Positions 7,655 to 17,617 of a DNA stretch of 64,000 nucleotides are shown here, one piece after another. A program made the translations under genes and the position numbers. Source of the stretch: a virus; the IMG/VR virus record IMGVR_UViG_3300009008_000003; one strand, written 5' to 3'. Within the stretch, counting starts at the first letter, position 1. Each line of letters opens with the position of its first letter. Under the pieces are notes generated by a model. The model was not told the DNA's origin. It did no database searches and worked only from the letters and a program-made list of their open reading frames with translations.

Positions 7655-10319
7655 AATTAACCCTCACGACTCTTACCACTTTTCCATTCATCTTTTTTGG
7701 CTCTGTGTCTCTATCGAGAATTTTTCCCTCTTGAAACAATTCGTTATATATGGCTTTCTTACTGTGCCCGAAAGGCCTGCCAACAAGCTGCAAGTATCTG
7801 GTTACTTCAGAGTAAGCTAAATTTACCACTAAGTAAGTTTCGCCAGCGTGATGAAAACCAACACTTGTTACATTCTTTTTTGTTTCGTCGGATACGGATT
7901 GGGATGCTTGGATTTTGAGTCTATCCGATGCTAACATTTCTTGCAATGTTTCCCAAAATATATTTGAAGCCAACTCTTCTGTTGCTCCTTGTAAATTAGC
8001 TAATAATTCTACTTCAAGTTGCTTATGAAAATCTTCGATAAGTTTTTCTGGATCTTTCCATAGGAAAGTAGCTACATAATAGTAACTAGTCATTAGCATA
8101 GCAAAATTTCTAGCTATGCGAACAGAGTTAGGTTGCCCTGATATGGTTTTATTAAAATTTGCAGCGTACTTAGACATTGTTTTTTGGAAAATGGCAGGGT
8201 CTTGTCGTAACACCCATTGAATATATCTCGGGGTAAATCCACTGTATTTGTGCTGCAGCCTGTTACAGATTTCACCTTTTTCCAAGTCGGTTTCATTTTT
8301 AGATTTGTAACGAATAGTTATCATTCTTGCCAGGTTAGAAGCTTCGCCTTCTATATCATGCTCTGCGGTTACAGCCAGGTATCCTCGTATATAATAACTT
8401 TCTTGGAATGTACTATCTGACTTTAGACGTGACCGCCCAGAATCGTCGGCATAACCTTGTAATATAGCAAGTGCTTTTGCCCAGTCGCCTTTAGAAAAAT
8501 TTGCCTTTTTAAAATCATCAACATGAAAGAAAGCATCTTTAAATCTATGGCCCATTTTCTGCAATGAGTAAGGAGTACTTAACCATGATGGAACATTTTT
8601 AAAATTCCCATAAAACATCATCATTTTGTTCAATAGCCAGGACTTTCCTTTTCCTGTGGTGCCCTGCAAATAATAGATAAATCTAGTTTTATCATCTTGC
8701 GTTACAAAGGCTCCAATCACCGGTAACATAGCGTGTGCAAATGTTGCATGTGCTATGAATGGATCCTCCGGAACCGTTAGTAGGGTATCTCTTATATGAT
8801 CACTTATATCGTCGAACTCGTCGTCTGATAGTACAGTAAAATCCAATTGCTCGGCTTTGTCCTCCCCTGTCAGGTCTATTTTAATTTCTGTATTTTTTTC
8901 TATTCCATCAACGCTTACAACATATGAGGGTGTATAGTAAGCGGTTAATTCTGTATTATACCCGAAATTTTTACTTATTTCTAGTTTCCTTGGGTTGCTA
9001 AAGGTTTCTATGGCTATCGCCAAGGGCTTGAATGCTGTAAAGGTAAGGTTACCAAGACCGCCAGCGGTGTATAAGGCCTCCTTGAATTTTGACTCTGTAG
9101 AAAAGTGAACAGGGTCAATATCAAACGGAAAGGAACTACCATCTCTTTTATGTATAATACCTTTAAACATGCGATATTTTTTTATACCATCATCTATTTC
9201 TAGATCTTCGTGAACATCATAAACAAAAGTTGATAATGGAATATCCCCGCTGCCGTCTTTTCCCCTTAGGTAATAACAGTTGTCTGCTGAGTATAAATCC
9301 ATGAGAGGAGAACTATCCGAGGCCCCAATTGGTTCATCATCGCCGCGTGTTCTATAATAGAATGCTATCGGTGACTTGCTTTTTCCTATTATACTACATT
9401 GATGTGGACAAATCTTTTCGAATCTTCTGTCCTGTAAAGTTGTACATAGTATAGGCTTGTATTGTTTTTTAAGTGCCCGATCCACATGGTATTTAACTTT
9501 TTTGGGGTCGTAGTCTGAACATTTGCTTAGGAATTCTTTTTCCAGAAAAACGGAGCCGCCCTCTAAGCCCGCAAAAGTAAGCATCAATGCTACACGTTCC
9601 TGGTCTGTAAGGTGGTTCGATGCTTCTACCTTTTCTTTTAAATTTCGTATAGCGGCACAGTTCTTTACTACCGCCTCTAAGGGGTTTGCGGAATTGAGCA
9701 CTTGGCGATAATTTGCAAACTTTATGTTTTTAAAACAAAATGTAGGGTCTGTAAAATATGATTTTTGTTGTGTTTTTTGATGAATCGCATAAGGACCTTT
9801 TACAAGATTACCCGAATCTGCCCTATCTTGTTTAGGGAAGAGCTCCAAGTGTAATCCTTCGTGTACAGGATCTACTTTTTCAAACATGTTTTCCAGAGAA
9901 TTTTTTACAACTCTAGCGTCCATTGGTTTTTCAAAGAATACCCACACATGATAACCTTTAAAGCCTGACCATTCTACGTAATGGGGCAAATTAAATTTAT
10001 TTAAAACATTCTGTACTTCTTCTACTTGTTTATCTAGGATCTCTTTCCAATCATCAATGTTGAAAGTTGGCTTGTTCCACTCGGTCTTGTTTATATCAAT
10101 GTCTACTACAGCCCATTTAACCGTCCACTTTCCTGGTGGGTCTTCCTTAAGTTGGTAGAACCCAAAAGTGGCCTTACCCTCTAAATGATCTTTTATATCC
10201 TGGAGGCTAATCGGACGGTTAAAAGCCTGGTACTGCCCATCACCTTTTTGTATAGCATACCGAGATTCGGTGTGAACAAAGAGTCTTTTGTACTCTTCTG
10301 CTGTTAGAGGTATGCCCAA
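7641..10319 (-). CDS. AEP primase - Cys-rich (PriL-like) domain - SF3/DUF927-type helicase fusion
   Basis: AEP motifs WAVVDID, WSGFKGYHVW, LFPKQ; Cys cluster NC..KC..LC..ICPHQC; Walker A QGTTGKGKS; Walker B FHVDDFK. Confidence 0.85.
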   Translation of the reverse strand: MGIPLTAEEYKRLFVHTESRYAIQKGDGQYQAFNRPISLQDIKDHLEGKATFGFYQLKEDPPGKWTVKWAVVDIDINKTEWNKPTFNIDDWKEILDKQVEEVQNVLNKFNLPHYVEWSGFKGYHVWVFFEKPMDARVVKNSLENMFEKVDPVHEGLHLELFPKQDRADSGNLVKGPYAIHQKTQQKSYFTDPTFCFKNIKFANYRQVLNSANPLEAVVKNCAAIRNLKEKVEASNHLTDQERVALMLTFAGLEGGSVFLEKEFLSKCSDYDPKKVKYHVDRALKKQYKPILCTTLQDRRFEKICPHQCSIIGKSKSPIAFYYRTRGDDEPIGASDSSPLMDLYSADNCYYLRGKDGSGDIPLSTFVYDVHEDLEIDDGIKKYRMFKGIIHKRDGSSFPFDIDPVHFSTESKFKEALYTAGGLGNLTFTAFKPLAIAIETFSNPRKLEISKNFGYNTELTAYYTPSYVVSVDGIEKNTEIKIDLTGEDKAEQLDFTVLSDDEFDDISDHIRDTLLTVPEDPFIAHATFAHAMLPVIGAFVTQDDKTRFIYYLQGTTGKGKSWLLNKMMMFYGNFKNVPSWLSTPYSLQKMGHRFKDAFFHVDDFKKANFSKGDWAKALAILQGYADDSGRSRLKSDSTFQESYYIRGYLAVTAEHDIEGEASNLARMITIRYKSKNETDLEKGEICNRLQHKYSGFTPRYIQWVLRQDPAIFQKTMSKYAANFNKTISGQPNSVRIARNFAMLMTSYYYVATFLWKDPEKLIEDFHKQLEVELLANLQGATEELASNIFWETLQEMLASDRLKIQASQSVSDETKKNVTSVGFHHAGETYLVVNLAYSEVTRYLQLVGRPFGHSKKAIYNELFQEGKILDRDTEPKKMNGKVVRVVRVNFDED

Positions 10320-10328
10320 TGGTCCTCC

Positions 10329-10721
10329 TTATTCAATTCTAATTTCTTTCCATGTAATGTTTTTATCTTGTATCAACTGTTTAATAGCTCGTTGACCGCT
10401 AGTTAGTTTTGACTTTCCAGATTTAATTTCTACAAAAACTATCTCATCTTTTGCAAAAACTACATAATCTATTGGGTTGCCCAGAAAATGCGCCTGTTTA
10501 GGGTTATAAGGAAAATCTTTTAAAAAGGGGGCAAGCGTTTCGGCTATTTGCCCCGTTCTTATTTCGGAGGATTTTTTTTGAGAAAGCAGCTGGTCGTGCT
10601 GTAATGATTTATCCATAAGCCGTTCTTGGTGAATTCGCACTTTGTAATTTAATCTACGAATTTGTATTAAACCAGCCGCAAGAAACAGGACCAGCGCAGT
10701 AATTATAATGCTTGAAACCAT
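10329..10721 (-). CDS. Holliday-junction-resolvase-like PD-(D/E)xK endonuclease with N-terminal TM helix (start moved to 10721)
   Basis: GQIAETLAPFL, FLGNPIDYVVF, IVFVEIKSGKSKLT..Q..IK; the start follows the upstream stop at 10723. Confidence 0.8.
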   Translation of the reverse strand: MVSSIIITALVLFLAAGLIQIRRLNYKVRIHQERLMDKSLQHDQLLSQKKSSEIRTGQIAETLAPFLKDFPYNPKQAHFLGNPIDYVVFAKDEIVFVEIKSGKSKLTSGQRAIKQLIQDKNITWKEIRIE

Positions 10722-10722
10722 A

Positions 10723-11106
10723 TTAACTTTCCCTCGCGCTTGGTGGTATGTTTGCTTTGTTTGTGTAGCTAAGTATCCTTGCTTTGCTTGCAAATGTATG
10801 CAAATCACAGCACGTAAATAGCATAGTCGGAGGTAATGTTTTTGGGTCTATTTGGTCCCGTTCTTTTTTTGTCTGTGCCCTGTCAGCTACAAACACAGCA
10901 CATAAACCACCAAGAGTGGTCCCGATATTGGCCCTGTAAAAATATTTACAAGTGCCACATACCTTTTTTATAAGGTGGTTAGGAAGTGGACTTTCTCCGT
11001 TTTCGGTTGTGGGTTTAGATACAAATTCATCTTTTTTATCTTTGCCAGTATGCTTTATATCATCTAAGAAATCTCCAAAATCGGAATAATCGTTTCCTAC
11101 CCCCAT
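10723..11106 (-). CDS. Cys-rich hypothetical protein (possible Zn binder)
   Basis: CGTCKYF...LC...CCDLH. Confidence 0.65.
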   Translation of the reverse strand: MGVGNDYSDFGDFLDDIKHTGKDKKDEFVSKPTTENGESPLPNHLIKKVCGTCKYFYRANIGTTLGGLCAVFVADRAQTKKERDQIDPKTLPPTMLFTCCDLHTFASKARILSYTNKANIPPSARES

Positions 11107-11540
11107 CTATTTGCTCTCCTATCTTTGATAGTTAAGCCATTTAGATGATCAACCTCATGCTGTAAGACAAGGGCTTCAAGTTCTTTGGCATTCCTTTGGC
11201 CTCTGATGTCATCAACTATTTTGATTCTTTTGTATCTTTTTGTGTTATATCTTCTGTCTAAGGACAAACATCCTTCGTTTTCAACGACGTATTGGTTTGC
11301 TTTCCTAAGTATTACAGGATTTACTAAAGGATAGTTAATACCACCTGGAAGTCTTATGATGGCTACCTTAAAGGGTAAGCCCACCTGAGGAGCTGCTAAT
11401 CCGTATCCTTTATCTTTTAGTTCCTCTTTTTCCCAATGTTCTTCCAGTAGTGCTATGATTTCTTTTGCCTTTTCTTCGCTGACTTCTTGTATATCTGTCG
11501 TTAGTAAGCCGTGTGGAAGAACTTTGACTGCTTTCATCAA
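11097..11540 (-). CDS. def: Peptide deformylase
   Basis: All three PDF motifs are present: GYGLAAPQVG, EGCLS, QHEVDHLNG; short C-terminus. Confidence 0.93.
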   Translation of the reverse strand: MMKAVKVLPHGLLTTDIQEVSEEKAKEIIALLEEHWEKEELKDKGYGLAAPQVGLPFKVAIIRLPGGINYPLVNPVILRKANQYVVENEGCLSLDRRYNTKRYKRIKIVDDIRGQRNAKELEALVLQHEVDHLNGLTIKDRRANRWG

Positions 11541-13000
11541 TCAGTGCCTTTCAAATTTTTGAGTATTTTTGATCTACGGACAGCTTGTCCCCTTAATAGA
11601 TCTATTCTTCGATCTACAAAATCTATAATAATGGGGTGTTTATCCACTGTAGCGGCCTTACGCATTAAACGGCCTGCAGATTGCCTTATTTTAATGGTAG
11701 ATTTAATAGGCGCGCACAATAATCCAACCTCTAACGTGGGTACATCCAGTCCCGTTGAGAATAATCCGTATGTAGATATTATAATGCGAAGATCCCCTTT
11801 ACGCAAGCGATCTATCACTTTTTTTCGATGTATTTTCGAAGCCTTTGATTTTAATACATCTACACGAACATCTCCCAACGATTTTGCTAATCTTTCTTTT
11901 GTGGCCTTTGGTATTGGGGCTATTAAAACATCCGATCCTGGTATCTTTTCGTGCAGCAGCAGGCATTGTACTATTCTTGAACATAGTAAAACAGTTTGCT
12001 CTTTTGGATAAAAATTTAGTTCTTCTATGATTAAGTCATTTCTTTCTTCGTCCTCTGATAGATCAGTTATCATATCTTGATAATCAGTTGTTGTAGTCAA
12101 CGGATAATAGTAATCCGTATTTATTGATTTATAAGTGGGGTAGAGTAGAACGTCATCTAATTCATCTAGTGGAACTTCATGTATCTTTGGTCCTGTTGCC
12201 CAATTTATTAAATCGCTTAGTCCATCGTCTCGTTTAAGCGTAGCACTAAATCCAAATTTATACTTTGTTTTTAATGTATTCATTACATCAAAGTATGTGG
12301 TGGCAGATACAATATGCACTTCATCTACAATTACCTGGCCGAAAAATTTATTACAGGCATTAATTGTCTTTTTATCAAATCTATGCAGTGTTTGAAAAGT
12401 GGCAATAGATATTGGCCTAAATTCGCATTTACCTTCTGCCATAAGTCCTATGTGCTCATCTGGTATATTTGTAAATTTTTTAATTTGTGCTATAAATTGT
12501 TGCGCTAACTCAATTCTGTTTACTACAACTAAAGTAGCTACTTTTCGTTGTGTTAGCATATTTACCATTACAAGAGTTTTCCCAGAACCTGTCATAGCTT
12601 GAACAACACCCATAGTTCTGTCTCCGATGCTGATCATAGCATCATGTTGGTACTTTCGTAGGGTGCCAGTGAATTTGTACTTGCCTAATGTTTCTTTTGC
12701 TAAATCTATGCCCTCCGCCCTAGCATCTGCAAACACTGGTTTTATATTAGCCATTTTTGTAAGCTCTAACAGGCGTTGAGTATACCCTACTGGTATGGAA
12801 ACTTCTGATGAGCCTAAATGCCACATATATGTTAAATTTTTTTGTATTCCATAGTTAGGAAGATTTAATTTTTGTTTATTTATATATTGTGGATTTGTTA
12901 TAGTTAATTCTTTTTCTAATATGGATATTACCGCTCTTTCTTCTTTGTTTTTACGATCATACTTAATATTAGTAGTTTCTTGTACTATTACGAACATCAT
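11537..13000 (-). CDS. Superfamily 2 DExH helicase (UvsW/type III Res-like)
   Basis: LRKYQ, AMTGSGKT, DEVH, FSATLKR, TGLDVP, QSAGRLMR. Confidence 0.9.
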   Translation of the reverse strand: MMFVIVQETTNIKYDRKNKEERAVISILEKELTITNPQYINKQKLNLPNYGIQKNLTYMWHLGSSEVSIPVGYTQRLLELTKMANIKPVFADARAEGIDLAKETLGKYKFTGTLRKYQHDAMISIGDRTMGVVQAMTGSGKTLVMVNMLTQRKVATLVVVNRIELAQQFIAQIKKFTNIPDEHIGLMAEGKCEFRPISIATFQTLHRFDKKTINACNKFFGQVIVDEVHIVSATTYFDVMNTLKTKYKFGFSATLKRDDGLSDLINWATGPKIHEVPLDELDDVLLYPTYKSINTDYYYPLTTTTDYQDMITDLSEDEERNDLIIEELNFYPKEQTVLLCSRIVQCLLLHEKIPGSDVLIAPIPKATKERLAKSLGDVRVDVLKSKASKIHRKKVIDRLRKGDLRIIISTYGLFSTGLDVPTLEVGLLCAPIKSTIKIRQSAGRLMRKAATVDKHPIIIDFVDRRIDLLRGQAVRRSKILKNLKGTD

Positions 13001-13542
13001 TTCCTTTCTTTTGCTACATAATGCGAGCCTGCCACTATTGGGCTATAATGTGTTTTTATTTTACTAATTGTTTTGTTGTGTGCTATTGCCATAAACGGTA
13101 TTCTCTCAAAGTGTAATCCAGCTGGCTCTATTATTCTTCCTTTTTCCTCATATGCTGAATATATGAGATGTGATCCTGTTGTATATATAGTTGTAAATAA
13201 ATTAAAAATAGTTAGTAATCTATCTTTAGCCATTGTGTCTCTTGGACTTAAATAAGCCACTATTGAAGCCCTTGCTTTTTTTCTAGCAAAGTTTCTCACC
13301 TCTGTTGGGCTAACTCCTCCCGGGTGTTTAAAAGCTAAAAAATCGAAAGGTCTATAAGCTACTACCTTACGCTTCCAGTCTTCTATTTTACTATCTGTTT
13401 GTCCCCTGTCAACCGTGTTCTCATTTATTAAAATTACCTCATACTCAAAGTCACGATAACCTTCCTGGTTAGCTACACTTTCTAAACTTTGGTCCAGGTA
13501 ATTGTAAAAATTAGAACCTATCATAATTACACTGATATCCAT
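12997..13542 (-). CDS. GT2-like glycosyltransferase domain, degenerate DxD (start moved to 13542)
   Basis: MDISVIMIGSN..YLDQSLESVANQ..YEVILIN..RNFARKKARASIVAYLSPRD; SD GGGAG before ATG 13542. Confidence 0.65.
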   Translation of the reverse strand: MDISVIMIGSNFYNYLDQSLESVANQEGYRDFEYEVILINENTVDRGQTDSKIEDWKRKVVAYRPFDFLAFKHPGGVSPTEVRNFARKKARASIVAYLSPRDTMAKDRLLTIFNLFTTIYTTGSHLIYSAYEEKGRIIEPAGLHFERIPFMAIAHNKTISKIKTHYSPIVAGSHYVAKERK

Positions 13543-13584
13543 TTTACTCCCGCTAAAAATCGAAGGTACATTGCCTTGTATAAT

Positions 13585-13597
13585 TCTTATACCACAT
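13585..13597 (-). promoter_or_regulatory. Phage promoter-like motif, copy 2 (TGTGGTATAAGA), heading the replication operon
   Basis: About 45 nt upstream of ATG 13542; back-to-back with a plus-strand sigma70-type promoter. Confidence 0.65.
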
Positions 13598-13598
13598 A

Positions 13599-13627
13599 TT
13601 GACAGAAAATTTGCTCTATCGTATACT
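13599..13627 (+). promoter_or_regulatory. Consensus sigma70/sigmaA-type promoter for the tail operon
   Basis: TTGACA (13599-13604), N17, TATACT (13622-13627). Confidence 0.8.
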
Positions 13628-13662
13628 TTAAAGGACAGTAAAACTTTAATAAAGAGGAAATT

Positions 13663-14079
13663 ATGCCCGACAAAAAAACCGAACAACCAGTAGTTGACCT
13701 AAAACTAACAGACGCACAAATCCAAGAGCATTTGGAAAATCTTGTTTTTAAATTTAGCACTGAGTACAGTTTTGAACTTTTTGATAAAACTTCGGTAAAG
13801 ATATCTAACCTAAACAACAGTAATCAACTTACAGTAGAAGATGAAATGCAGGCAATAAAGGGTTCACCCGCCTTTACCGTGCATAAATACCAAATTAAAA
13901 TACTCAGCCATACTTTAAAATCTTATGGCGAAGAGAAATTTGATACCCCAGAGGCTGCTTTAGAATTTATAACCAAACTTCCAAGCTCTGTGCTAGATAT
14001 AATTATATCATACCAGAATACTTTTGAAAAGGTTATCCATGATGCAGCTAAAGATAAGCATTTTAAAAATTTATCCTAA
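13663..14079 (+). CDS. Tail assembly chaperone (gpG-like)
   Basis: Two genes upstream of the tape measure; SD AGAGGA; ends in a slippery heptamer. Confidence 0.7.
   Translation: MPDKKTEQPVVDLKLTDAQIQEHLENLVFKFSTEYSFELFDKTSVKISNLNNSNQLTVEDEMQAIKGSPAFTVHKYQIKILSHTLKSYGEEKFDTPEAALEFITKLPSSVLDIIISYQNTFEKVIHDAAKDKHFKNLS
14067..14073 (+). other. Programmed -1 frameshift site A-AAT-TTA
   Basis: X-XXY-YYZ in frame with the chaperone. The -1 frame is open from 14067 (ILSPINRLRAE) into ORF 14106..14402. Confidence 0.75.
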
Positions 14080-14402
14080 GCCCTATTAATCGGCTTCGCG
14101 CTGAAATGATGATTAATGGGGCGGATGTAGCTAAGATTATGCGCACCCCAACCGAGCTTGCTCTATTGATGTTTTATGCGTCCAAAGAGAGGCAACATTT
14201 TTTAGAAACAGAACTAAAATATAGATCCGTTTTAATGAACCCTGAAGATGACGAAGCCCGAACTAGTTTTAACCAATTACTAAGCGATTACTGGGATTCT
14301 ATAGATCCCACACGAAAAAAAGAAAGAGTTTCTTTTGCAGACAAGATAAAAGAATTCGACAATAAATTCAAAGATAAACCAATTGTGTTTAAACAAGAAT
14401 AA
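14067..14402 (+). CDS. Tail assembly chaperone extension (gpT-like), probably made as a frameshift fusion
   Basis: ATG 14106 has no SD; the reading frame opens exactly at the slippery site; immediately precedes the tape measure. Confidence 0.7.
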   Translation, partial: KFILSPINRLRAEMMINGADVAKIMRTPTELALLMFYASKERQHFLETELKYRSVLMNPEDDEARTSFNQLLSDYWDSIDPTRKKERVSFADKIKEFDNKFKDKPIVFKQE

Positions 14403-14407
14403 GTACT

Positions 14408-17400
14408 ATGCCTAAATCTCCATTTAATTTTTACGATAATGAATATATTCAATCTGCTATGGGGCAAGAAGCTTCCAGTCCCTTAAATTTCCATATGCAA
14501 GATCGTATACCGCATCATGTGTATTACGCGGAAACCTTTGGCGATAGGACGCGGGAAGCGCCCGGGTATTATGGCGGTATAACAAAAGACTCCATACGTT
14601 ACAATGACGTCTATACCAGCACAGCTGGAGCAACTACTGCATTTGAAGCTGCGTTTGGATCTGCCTTTGGTTTAGCCGGTGCAGGAGTTGGATCATTTTT
14701 AGGACCGGCTACTGGTCCAGGAGCCTTTGTAGCTCCTTTAGTAGGAGCCGGTATAGGAGATACCATAGGGCGTGGTATAGGATCTTTTATAGGCAATACT
14801 ATAGGAGCTGCTCACCAGGATGAGTTAAATAGTATTAATTATATATTCCAAAGCACAAAAGGCATAGCAGGAGGAGGCCTGGATTGGGGGGAATCTACAG
14901 CTGCTGCCAGCAATTTAAGGGGTTGGGCACGTAGTTCTTACGAAACTAGCAGGTTAACCGGAGGGGTTGAAGGTCTTGGCGAGCTAATGGGAGAACTGAC
15001 TAGTGTCGGTGCCTTTAATGATGTTACTTCTGCTGACCAATATGTTCAAAAAGTAAAAGATGAGATAGGAGCACTCAAGCAATTACAATCTAGATTACGT
15101 GCATCTAAGGAAGAGATTCTCGGGTTTATGGGCGAATCATATTCTATGGGCATAAACGCTAGTGATTTAACAGACGGAGCGCTTTCCAGGGGCGTGCTAG
15201 AGGTAGGTGCTGCTATGGGGTTTGAATCTACTCAACTAGCTCAAGCAGGTTTATCAGCTGGCGGCATAATGGCTAACGCAGGAATATCGGCATCCAATGC
15301 TTTTGGTGCTGGTGTAACTTCTATGATTCATAGCCAGGCTTTATATAATAGTTTAGGCTCTGCTGACCAAAGAATAATAGCTATGGGCGGCGGGGTTGAG
15401 GCTATGGCAGCAGGCAATGTTCGCCAAGGTATGAATTTCATGCAAAGTGATATGGGCCAAATGGCTATGGCTGCTATGGTTGCCGGTGGTTTAAATACAA
15501 GCCAAATGGCTAATATGAGTTTTGCGGGAATAATGGAAGCGGGTAGTCCGACATTTACAGATCCTCTGTCCAGAGCAACCTTTACTGGCTTACAGCGCGA
15601 ATTAATAGGAGCTATGAACCCACTAGTTATGGATCAACTAGAAGGTCGCATGAGTGTTGATCGTGCCAGAGAGGATCTTATGTTAGATCAAAATCAGTCG
15701 ATATCCAATGCTGCACTTAGGGGTTGGTTCGTAAATTATGCAGGATATACTTATCAATCGGCTGCAGAGGCTGCTCTAAAAATGGGCATGGATTCTTATG
15801 ATTATGCTGCATCTGCTGATAGAGCTGCTAGATATGCTCCTTCAACTTCGCATAGTAGAACATCTAGATTAGCACTTAATACAGAAAGAGCTACTGGAGC
15901 TGTTGTTGGTTTCCTATCAGATCTTTGGGGAGAAATTGCTGATCCGATTCGTTCAGATTGGGAAGCTGCTGGGGAGGGTATTTTAGCTGATGTTTCTTCT
16001 TTTGTTGGTGGAACTGGAAGAATAAGTAACAGACTTATTGGCAGGGACGAGGCTATACGACTTCCGGACTATGCTCTAGACCAACTTGAAGATTGGGATA
16101 ACGCGGCAGCCGCGGGAGAACTTGCGGATATGCTTTCGACTGTTGGTAGTGTTAGAGGTTCTAGTGATTATGGGTATAGAAAAGATATTTCATGGACATC
16201 CAGCTATCGCCTAAATGCCAGTCAGCGAGAAGTGGCACAGACTCATGCTATGAACAGAAATGCCACAAAATGGATGGGCCGTGCTATTGCCCGCGGGGCT
16301 TTAAGGCATGAGCATTTTGACAGCGCTGAAGCTTATGAATCTCAAATAGATTTATTTGAAGAGGTAGCAGCCGGAGTCCAGCAGGAATATACTGGTGAAA
16401 TGGATTTAGATTTATTAAAACAGATAAGCGGGGCTGGGCTATCTGGCATGACATTTTCCGCTGCCTCCCAAAAGTGGGCTAGAATAAGAGGAAATAATAT
16501 GACGGTGGCAGAAGCAGCAAGCGAACTATATTATGCAGGGGACAACGGAAGTGATACAGCGCGCGGTTTAGCGGGACGCAGAGAATTTACTCCAGACTAT
16601 TGGAGACCTTTAAAAGGTATTGGGAATACTATAGAAGATTATGAAGAAGAATACGAGGGCATAGTAGGCCGGGTAAATGCTGAAGGTAAAAGATTATTTG
16701 GTGGCGGCGGACTCGCCGGCACCTCCGGAGATTGGTCTTGGTTTTCGCAAAGAAAATTCTTTAAAGCAATTGAATCCGTTTATGGGGATAAATATACATT
16801 AAAAGATGTAGAAATGGATAGAATTTTTGAAGAACTTAGAGACACCGAAAACATTAGTGTAGAGGATTGGGATGAAGATTATGGCGAGCTACGCAATAGA
16901 TATACAGCTATGCAAGTAGGAACAATGGAGGACAGGGAAAGAGCTCGCAATAATAATCTTATAATGACTGCCGGCTCAGCGTTATCTAACCTTAGAAAAG
17001 GATCCCTTAGTAGTGGCGTTATGCGAGGGATGGTTAGCTCTTACGATGAACATGTAGGCGGTGTGAATGCGCGGCTTAGAGGTATATTACAAGCTACCGG
17101 CGTGCGAGGCGCTCTAGGAGCTGCCGTAAGTGGGGGAATGGATGAAATGTTAGATCTTACGGGAGCGATATCAAAGGCTTCAGAATTAGCAGATGAAGCT
17201 GGATTAGGCCCACAATTAGGAACATTCCTAGTTAGAGAAGCCGGCGTTATGGCTAATCCTTATCTACGCGAAGGCGTGCGGGCACAAATTTCTACCAGAA
17301 ATAGCGGATATAGCCTTGAAGACCAGGAAGCGGCGGCTAGTCATGCCTTTTCTGCAGCAGCTAGTTCAGAGCAGAGAGAATTGGCGGCAGGGGTAGAGGC

Positions 17401-17617
17401 AGATACCAAAGCATTATATGCCATGATGAATAGTACTTCTACCTTCATACATAATGTAGATCCTAAAATTACTACAGAAGAAGAGATGAAGGAGTATTTG
17501 AGCGAAGGTGATACCCCAAGAAAAACACTAGATTCAAATATTATGCAGCAATTCACTCTACAAAGAATACATGAAGTTTTAAATACCAGATTGCCACATT
17601 ATCCACATTATGAGTAA
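14408..17617 (+). CDS. Tail tape measure protein
   Basis: 1069 aa, Ala/Gly/Met-rich and helical, with glycine-zipper-like hydrophobic segments; follows the G/GT chaperones. Confidence 0.75.
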   Translation: MPKSPFNFYDNEYIQSAMGQEASSPLNFHMQDRIPHHVYYAETFGDRTREAPGYYGGITKDSIRYNDVYTSTAGATTAFEAAFGSAFGLAGAGVGSFLGPATGPGAFVAPLVGAGIGDTIGRGIGSFIGNTIGAAHQDELNSINYIFQSTKGIAGGGLDWGESTAAASNLRGWARSSYETSRLTGGVEGLGELMGELTSVGAFNDVTSADQYVQKVKDEIGALKQLQSRLRASKEEILGFMGESYSMGINASDLTDGALSRGVLEVGAAMGFESTQLAQAGLSAGGIMANAGISASNAFGAGVTSMIHSQALYNSLGSADQRIIAMGGGVEAMAAGNVRQGMNFMQSDMGQMAMAAMVAGGLNTSQMANMSFAGIMEAGSPTFTDPLSRATFTGLQRELIGAMNPLVMDQLEGRMSVDRAREDLMLDQNQSISNAALRGWFVNYAGYTYQSAAEAALKMGMDSYDYAASADRAARYAPSTSHSRTSRLALNTERATGAVVGFLSDLWGEIADPIRSDWEAAGEGILADVSSFVGGTGRISNRLIGRDEAIRLPDYALDQLEDWDNAAAAGELADMLSTVGSVRGSSDYGYRKDISWTSSYRLNASQREVAQTHAMNRNATKWMGRAIARGALRHEHFDSAEAYESQIDLFEEVAAGVQQEYTGEMDLDLLKQISGAGLSGMTFSAASQKWARIRGNNMTVAEAASELYYAGDNGSDTARGLAGRREFTPDYWRPLKGIGNTIEDYEEEYEGIVGRVNAEGKRLFGGGGLAGTSGDWSWFSQRKFFKAIESVYGDKYTLKDVEMDRIFEELRDTENISVEDWDEDYGELRNRYTAMQVGTMEDRERARNNNLIMTAGSALSNLRKGSLSSGVMRGMVSSYDEHVGGVNARLRGILQATGVRGALGAAVSGGMDEMLDLTGAISKASELADEAGLGPQLGTFLVREAGVMANPYLREGVRAQISTRNSGYSLEDQEAAASHAFSAAASSEQRELAAGVEADTKALYAMMNSTSTFIHNVDPKITTEEEMKEYLSEGDTPRKTLDSNIMQQFTLQRIHEVLNTRLPHYPHYE

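Noticed and set aside
13543-13686. ORF-track N-terminal extension of the GT2-like gene (similar extensions at 10722-10808, 6633-6692 and 62673-62768)
   Set aside because: The extensions overlap promoters or neighbouring genes; downstream ATGs have SDs or stop-start coupling.
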